Program-made: the position numbers and the translations under genes
Notes under the pieces: model-generated
What the model was told of the DNA's origin: nothing
The model's input: only the letters and a program-made list of their open reading frames with translations
Database searches by the model: none
Part shown: positions 56,886 through 64,000 of the stretch, one piece after another
How the letters are laid out: each line of letters opens with the position of its first letter
Numbering within the stretch: the stretch's first letter is position 1
Source: Oculina patagonica
Lineage: Eukaryota
DNA: 64,000 bases
NCBI RefSeq assembly: GCF_052425735.1
Contig: NC_135765.1
Coordinates: 7,068,001 to 7,132,000, forward strand
Reading direction: 5' to 3'

Positions 56886-58350
56886 CTGCAACGCAGGCTA
56901 TGCAAGTGCAACGTTTCTTTTATTCGCCCTCCCCTCCCCCCATCCTCTTCTGTTGTCCCTGAGCTGACCAGTTTGAGAAATAATTGGCAAATAACATCGA
57001 TTCTTGTTGCTGCTGGCATGGGACCGTTTACTGTCCAATTTGAAGAATAATTGGATAAGTAATTGAATCGAATCTTACGCTGGGAATGTAATTACTATTT
57101 CGCTTACCAGATAAAAGCGTCCCAAGGTTTTTAGTAAAGTCGCCAACTGCTTCTAGACGTTGTATATTTACACGGCTTTTTTTTCCCTCTGGATCTTGGT
57201 CGCAAATGAAAATTTTATCCAGGTGTTTTTTCCTTTATATTGGCCTAGAATTAGCTCTGGCTCATTTTCAATTTTTCTCATTTGCTCGCTGTTCATTATT
57301 TGTATGACGAAGCAGATATAATTCATAGTTTATTGTTGAAAATAATTCGCTTTATTACAGTCTTATTTTCTATACCCAACTGGTTGTCTTGGTAAATATT
57401 CGAATTTAGAACGATGTTATTTCACACTATTATAACAATGTCATGTTATGTTAGAAAATTAACATGAGAAATTGATAATAAATATGGATGGCTGTTGTTA
57501 TTTTGCGAACGGCTAAAAAAATTGAGTGATAGCTCTATTCCTTTTAAATTTAACAGGCCATGCAATCCGTGAAATCAATTGGGCCTTAAAACACGGTCGC
57601 TTTTTTATGTCTGATTGCTTTTATCTATACTTTGTTATTTATTAAATAACCTGGGATTTCAGCAAAGATGTGGTAATTTCTAGGTGTTACGTTTGCGTCT
57701 AAACTCTATTCGACTGCCTCCGTCGTAGCGCGAAGTATTGTAAAATCTGATCCGGTAATAAGAAAAAAAATCTATATATTTGTCTTTGTGCAATAAAATA
57801 ACACTTTATTATATAGTTATAACTGTTGGATTGTTTTAAATCCAAAGAATTTCCTCTCATCTAAAAGCCATCCGTTTTTATTTTGTTCGTGCGAACGGAG
57901 AGCTTTGTCAATTTAGTCGAAAGTTAATTCTCAACATACAAATGTCACAATTTAATTGTTGTGAAAAGCGCCCATTGGCTGTTAGCATGCAGGCACCAGA
58001 TACGCTTATCCATATTTCATTAAATTACTTATGGAGCCGTCTTTCTTTTCTTCTTTATATTCAAAATAGACCTGCAGCTGTATTCAAGCTTAGAGCGCCT
58101 GTCAAGACAATTTTAACTTATAAACAAAATCTCGCGTGCCATTTAAAAATGGCGAATCGTTGACGAGAAATCAAACTCGCGGCACCGCGAAATTGGGTCG
58201 AAATTGACGTGGTAAAGACAAGGACAAACAAATTTCTACGCGTTAAGCCGGGTATATATTTATCCATAAATTACAACCTTCAAAAAGTGACTTGCTCAGT
58301 GGGTTTCGTAAATTCCTTCGCCGAGACGATGAGCATGGCTGGATGAAAAT

Positions 58351-59613
58351 ATGGAAGAACGTGTTGTTATCAACGTGAGCGGAATGACTTTTGAAACGAA
58401 AGAAAAAACGCTCAGCCGTTTTCCAAACACGCTGCTTGGAAGTCCGTCGAGAAGAAAAGAATATTACAACCCCGCCGTTCAGGAGTATTTCTTTAATCGC
58501 CACAGAGTGGTATTCGAATCGATTTTATTTTATTATCAATCTGGTGGCAGGCTTATTTGGCCGGATGACATTCCGGCAAGTGTATTCACGGAGGAAGTTG
58601 AATTTTTTCAACTCGGCGAGCAAGCTCTAAAAAGCGTAGCAAAATGCTTATATCAAGAACGACGTCGACAGAAAGCTTCTCCGCAATGGACGTTTCAAAA
58701 TAAAGTGTGGAATTTATTTGAGCACCCAGACACATCTAATTTTGCACAGATAATTGCCATGTTCTCTATACTCATGATTACCACTTCAGTTGTTATTTCG
58801 TGTATCGAAACTTTGCCTGGTTTTAGAGGAGCTAAACAATGCGATCCTAAACCGGAGTTTAACTGCAACGACACAACAGCGCAGAAAGACGGCGAAAATG
58901 TCACGACAGCATGCAATACGACTGAAATGAGTGACGAACTTCTTAACTGTGGCTATGAGACTTTGGAAGTGTTTATAGTTCTGGAAACAATTTGCTATTC
59001 GTGGTTCTTGATCGAATATCTTGTGCGCTTCGCGGCGGCTCCGAACAGATTTCATTTCCTTTTATCGCCTTTAAACTTTGTGGATCTTCTTGCTATAATA
59101 CCGTTTTTCACCATTTTAATCGGCGGGAACCGTCGTCTGGTGTCACTAGCTGTTTTACGCATAGCGCGACTTCTACGAATATTTCGCATTTTGAAGCTAA
59201 CTCGCTACTCGCGCGGTTTAAAAGTAATGATGTTTACGGTCCGCGAGAGCCTAAGCGAGCTCGAAATGATGATGCTATTTATGTTTATGATAGTCGTACT
59301 CTCCTCGAGCGCTGTGTTTTACACAGACCTAGGCATGGATGGAACTCATTTTTCTAGCATCCCTGACGCATTTTGGTGGAGCATTACAACTGTGAGTACG
59401 GTAGGATACGGCGATTATTACCCTATAACAGGCTTTGGAAAAATTGTCGGTGGTATTTGCGCGGTCTTTGGTGTGCTAGCATTTTCTCTGCCAGTTATGG
59501 CTTTCGCGAAAAATTTCAACGCTTATCTAAAAGGCGAACCGATTCGAAGACACATCGAAAATAGTACAAGACGATTGTCCGCGAAAAGAGTAACAAACGA
59601 TTTATCTGGTTAG
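58351..59613 (+). CDS. Shaker (Kv1)-family voltage-gated K+ channel subunit, intronless, 420 aa
   Basis: T1 domain ERVVINVSGMTFET...RFPNTLLG...EYFFNR...ILFYYQSGG; S4 LAVLRIARLLRIFRILKLTRYSRGL; pore FWWSITTVSTVGYGD; S6 GVLAFSLPVM. Confidence 0.95.
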   Translation: MEERVVINVSGMTFETKEKTLSRFPNTLLGSPSRRKEYYNPAVQEYFFNRHRVVFESILFYYQSGGRLIWPDDIPASVFTEEVEFFQLGEQALKSVAKCLYQERRRQKASPQWTFQNKVWNLFEHPDTSNFAQIIAMFSILMITTSVVISCIETLPGFRGAKQCDPKPEFNCNDTTAQKDGENVTTACNTTEMSDELLNCGYETLEVFIVLETICYSWFLIEYLVRFAAAPNRFHFLLSPLNFVDLLAIIPFFTILIGGNRRLVSLAVLRIARLLRIFRILKLTRYSRGLKVMMFTVRESLSELEMMMLFMFMIVVLSSSAVFYTDLGMDGTHFSSIPDAFWWSITTVSTVGYGDYYPITGFGKIVGGICAVFGVLAFSLPVMAFAKNFNAYLKGEPIRRHIENSTRRLSAKRVTNDLSG

Positions 59614-61274
59614 CTTATCTTGGTAAAGGAAACACGTTTCCAACCTGGCCTTCAATGTATTTAAAGTTTCGGAAGCAAATATTCCTTGTGCTGAATGATT
59701 TGTATTGCCACAGTGAATGGTGAATTCTTGGAAGAATTTCTGGAAAGAATATTCAGAAACGTTGCGTGGGAGACGGGGAGATAAGAATCATGATGTTTTG
59801 TCGATGGATAAAAATTTCATTGCTTGCTGTCTTTGATTATATTATATTTCATACACAAAAACAGATTTTTTACAAATGTATTATCCTCTTTTATATATTA
59901 AAAGAAGTCCCCACAGACATCTTTACAGTCTCTTATAGTTTATTTTGCTTTTTTGTGTTTTATTAGCATAATAACCTGCGGTTAGCGTTTAGCAACATTT
60001 AAAACAGCGCTCCATGATGCAACAACGATTTCAAAACAATTTTTAGAGAAAGAAAACGATTGCTCTTCATTTGAACTCAAGAAGACCTATAATTAAAAGA
60101 AAAATTGCGGACGGTATTTTGGATAATTTCTTTTGCCTGGTATATGATAGAATCACTATTCATCTGCTTCCTTATGTCTCCTCTGGGAGAATAGGGCCTT
60201 ATGATGATGATAGAATCACTATTTTCATATTATCTCCGTCGAAACCCGGGTACTGTCTTCAAGGCATATTTTTGTAGCGACAAAATGAAAAGTCTTAATA
60301 ACCTAATATACATTGATTATGATATATCGCAAAGCGGCATTGAATGAAAATGTTTATATTTATTATGTTCTAGGCAAAACACATTGCAGGAATTGTACAT
60401 TAATGGCAAATTGAAAATCTTGTCATTTTCTACAGAGGGAAATAATGAACCAGTTCTAATTAAGACTACGTTGAATTGAAAAATCAAAGAACAATTTTTG
60501 GAGATACTTTTGAATTTTTCTGCTCTCATTAATAATAAAACATCCAAGTTTAATAATATGTCCATATTTTACGGCGCTCGTTCTAGTTTACCGATAACAA
60601 GTAGAATGCATATAAAGTGATATATTCAGCAAGAGCAAAATTTAAGATTTGAATTCAATGACTTCTACCCTTTACAAGGAAAGGGTTTAGCCAAATATTC
60701 GCAACTAGTAGCTTTCACAATTTAATTCTCAGTATATGCGAGTGTTAGTTATCTAGATATAACGATGAAACACGTATACCTCGTAATTGATGGCAAAAGC
60801 TGTCGAAGAAAAGCCACATGTTAATTTTTAGCTTGTTAACGTAATTTATTTAACGACTAATATAAGGCAGCTGGAAAGGCCAATAACTAAACTGAAACCG
60901 ACCAATCAAAATGTTTTATTGGCCGGCGGTCCAATATTTCTTAGTATTCAGGATCATGTAAAGTTTCTTGCAGTACATTGTTGTGGCTTCAAACTACAAA
61001 AACTGGAGACTAAGTTATAATATTTCTGTTATTCTCTCTGGACACATCTTTCAGTTTTGCTCGCTCGTGGTTAAAGTTGTTCATTTCCACCGTTCCTTTT
61101 GAGTCACAAAGTCTTGTAATAAATCCCGACTTACTTCTCCGGATTGTACTGGGGGAACATTAGCCCTCGGTCTTCAGTTTATGGCTGTTTTTCCTGACTC
61201 GCCCCAGTCATCTCTCAGTCTCCTATTACTTAACGTTGAAGCGCGGTTGGGGAGTGCGAAGAGTTATGATTTTT

Positions 61275-61641
61275 AATAAATAATAATAATAATAATAAAA
61301 TATTTATATAGCGCCAATATCCTAAAAGTTCAAAAGTGCTTTACAGAGGTAACGTTAAAAATATTAAAAACACTATTAAAAAATAAATATAAAAATAGTA
61401 AAGAAATAGTTACAAAAATGCTAATAAAAAATGTCGCTAAAAAGTTTATGTTTAAAAAGGGACACTGAGGAGCTGTTCTTGATGTCAGAAGGCAGAGTAT
61501 TCCAGAGTGTAGGAGCTGCCACGAAGAAAGATCTTGTGCCATATGTTTTCAAATTGAAATCGGAATTGAAAGAAGGTATTTAGAAGATGAACGTAGCTGA
61601 CGAGGTGGCGTGTAAGGAGTAAGAAGATCGCGAACGTATGA
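61275..61641 (-). mobile_element. 3' end of an L2/CR1-group LINE with an (ATT)n tail
   Basis: Minus-strand translation YVRDLLTPYTPPRQLRSS...FNLKTYGTRSFFVAAPTLWNTLPSDIKNSSSVSLFKHKL is the typical post-RT C-terminus. The 3' UTR GCGCTATATAAAT precedes the trinucleotide tail. Confidence 0.85.
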
Positions 61642-62009
61642 TTCCCTCCGTGTTCAGTTTCATTCAGTCTCCCTAGCTGGACTCGGGATGGACTGAAAAG
61701 ACGACCGGGGACGAGACGAAGTCAGCTGTTTTTCAGTCAACAACGAGTCAGCGACGGTTCAAGTCGGAGTCGTAAGCTAAGAGCGCTTACGACCTAGTAA
61801 AAAATCGAAATACAGAATCGTATAAAGTGGAGAAATAAGCTCGACGGAATTGAAGTCGGAAGAATCAACCCGTGTCCATCTTCTTCTGATTTTTAATTAC
61901 GACTCTGTCGCTTATGATCCAGTCTGATCTAGATTGTTGGAGTCGTAAAATACATCTTTAGAAGTGACCGTTATCAGGCTAACGGTCATTTCTGAAGATG
62001 TATGTTATC

Positions 62010-62570
62010 AGTAGCCCTGAACTCTCTCTTCCGCGAACCCAAGCGCGCGAAGCCGAGAGTCGAGAGTCCGGGATAACTTGCATGCGCGTGCGTCAGTTTT
62101 TTCCCCAAAATTGGGGGAAAAACCATATTTGGCAGCACTTTTAAAAACGCGCGCGCACAGATGACGAGTTCAATACCGTGTACTAAAGCAGGATCACCGG
62201 AATTACTTTGAAAAGCCTAGCTTTCCAGTCGGTGACTACTAAAAGCTAACGGCCAAAACACAAATCGCTATCCGTCAACTATTCCTAGTATTTCTCAGCC
62301 GTTTGTTGAATTGGTTTTGGATGCACAGTTTTTATCTTGCATTTATTCGCGCGCTTGGTCGCGTAGTTGAATTCGTCATTTGAGCGAGCATTTTTAACCA
62401 TAGCGCGCGCGTCCCAAGCAAGTGTCGCCACGCTCCTCGTTTCTGATTGGTTCGCTCTGAGCATGCGCATGCAAGTTATCCTGGACTCGACCCTGGACTC
62501 TCTCTTCGCGCGCCTCGGTTCAACCCCTATAAAGGGCGCGCGGAAGAGAGATTTCAGGGACTGGACTACA
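62010..62570. mobile_element. MITE with TIRs (hAT-like)
   Basis: CCCTGAACTCTCTCTTCCGCG ... CGCGGAAGAGAGATTTCAGGG; internal arms GGATAACTTGCATGCGC / GCGCATGCAAGTTATCC. Confidence 0.7.
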
Positions 62571-64000
62571 GTAGCCCAAGGTCATGGGCTCCTGATGTTG
62601 TAGTATATGTTATATGGACGACTTCACCGTGTGGCCAAATCTGAGTTCGATAGGGGCGCGTTGTAAATAAGATAGGGACTGGGGACCTGAGGACGAGGCT
62701 GAGAAATCCTTGTAATTCAACAAATTTTTGCCTTAAAAATACTACTTAGATTTCTCAGTTGCCGGTTACAATGCTTATAAAACTTACCTTCAAAGGGAAT
62801 TTAGCATATATTTGGAGAATTTACTTATTTAAAAGCAACGTTTAAGATTTTTTGGAGAAACTTACGAGCAATTTTCGGATTTTGGAGCAACTTTTGGGCA
62901 TTTTTTTAATGCAATTTTAAGCAACTTTTTGGAAAATTTCGAGCATTTCTGGGACAGCCCCAGCACAAAAATGAATATTTCTACGTCATTTTTAAATTTT
63001 CAAACCTGATAATAATATAAGTGATAGGTTATAAAAGCTACGACGTGTGCGAATGATAATTGATAGGAGAACCAAACGTTGCTGGCCCACAAGATGCCAA
63101 GCGCTCAGTAAATAGCTTACCAGGTGGTTAGGCTCCAATAGAAGAAAATAAACACGATTTTGTGCAAAAAAAATCCAAATTGGCGGTACAAAACCTGGGA
63201 TTCTGAAACCCATTTTTATTCTGAATTTTGGTCTGAGTCGCGCGCTTCAGCCCAAAAATTAATTATTTTTTGGTTTACATTAACGGACGAAAACGTTAAA
63301 TTATCTTATTTTACTTAACGTCCTAACATGACATTTTAATCCAGCCACTTTTCATAAACTATATGTTCTCATTAGCATTTTCATTAAACTTAGTCGCTTT
63401 AATGCAGTGCTTTTCGCTTTTAATCCACTTACTTGCAGGACAAAATCGAGCAAGACTTAGCACTTAATAAGCATTTGAGTCAACTTTAAATTTCTTAGCT
63501 ATAAAGTATTCCGCTGCGAAATTTGCTTTTGAATGGTTTTAAGTCCACACACTAATTTCTGTTTCATGAATAAGTTAGCAGCACTAATTTTTGAAACATC
63601 TGGGAACGGCAGGTTGTAAACCAAACAATCGTTTTGGGCATTTTTTTTTGAATTTTTTTTAGGCAAGAATTCATCAATCTTCTTGTATTATGTGCGTTTT
63701 GGGTCGCTTCTGAAAAAGTATTGGTCGCTCCTAGCTAGTTTTTATTTCGTCTAGCAAAGACAGCGGCAAGACTTGCAATCCATATAACAGTCTGGTCCAT
63801 GATTACTAATGTAAATGAGCACAAAATGACATAGAATATTCACCATTTAGTGTTCGCAGCAAACACGTATATTAATTGACGTTAAATTTAGCCAACCCAA
63901 CGATTCACAATAGTTTCTGCAAACTATACATCATGTTCAAAATTAACGTAAATAAACAAACGCGACATACGCTGTGTCGTATCGAGCTATTAAAAAAATA

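Noticed and set aside
59700-64000. Short ORFs in the distal region
   Set aside because: They are AT-rich or repeat-derived, with no recognisable domains or exon chain.

Overview
AT-rich eukaryotic genomic DNA, most likely an anthozoan cnidarian such as a stony coral. This is inferred from the gene and repeat content; no taxonomic marker is present. There are no prokaryotic operons or CRISPR arrays. Genes: the 3' end of an EGF + D8C (uromodulin/OIT3-like) gene; an intronless CALHM-family channel; a 33-exon strawberry-notch (SBNO)-family SF2 helicase on the minus strand (42850->10246), with an intronless class A GPCR nested antisense in intron 18; a GPR161-like GPCR; a two-exon hydroxylysine-kinase-like gene; and an intronless Shaker-family Kv subunit. 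Introns and intergenic space hold many MITEs (several nested), tRNA-derived SINEs, Penelope and L2/CR1 fragments, and a pogo deletion derivative. The top finding is that the compact SBNO-like helicase ends in two PIP-box-like motifs and a UBZ4-type ubiquitin-binding zinc finger. The finger is hidden by a +1 frameshift, probably at an A6 run. This architecture is typical of factors recruited to ubiquitinated PCNA and is not what I know for SBNO1/2. Other notable observations: a tandem duplication of the CALHM cytoplasmic helix, a degenerate PVP gate in the Kv subunit, a hammerhead-like motif in a Penelope remnant, and a stack of four nested transposons. All coordinates were read by hand; no searches were run.
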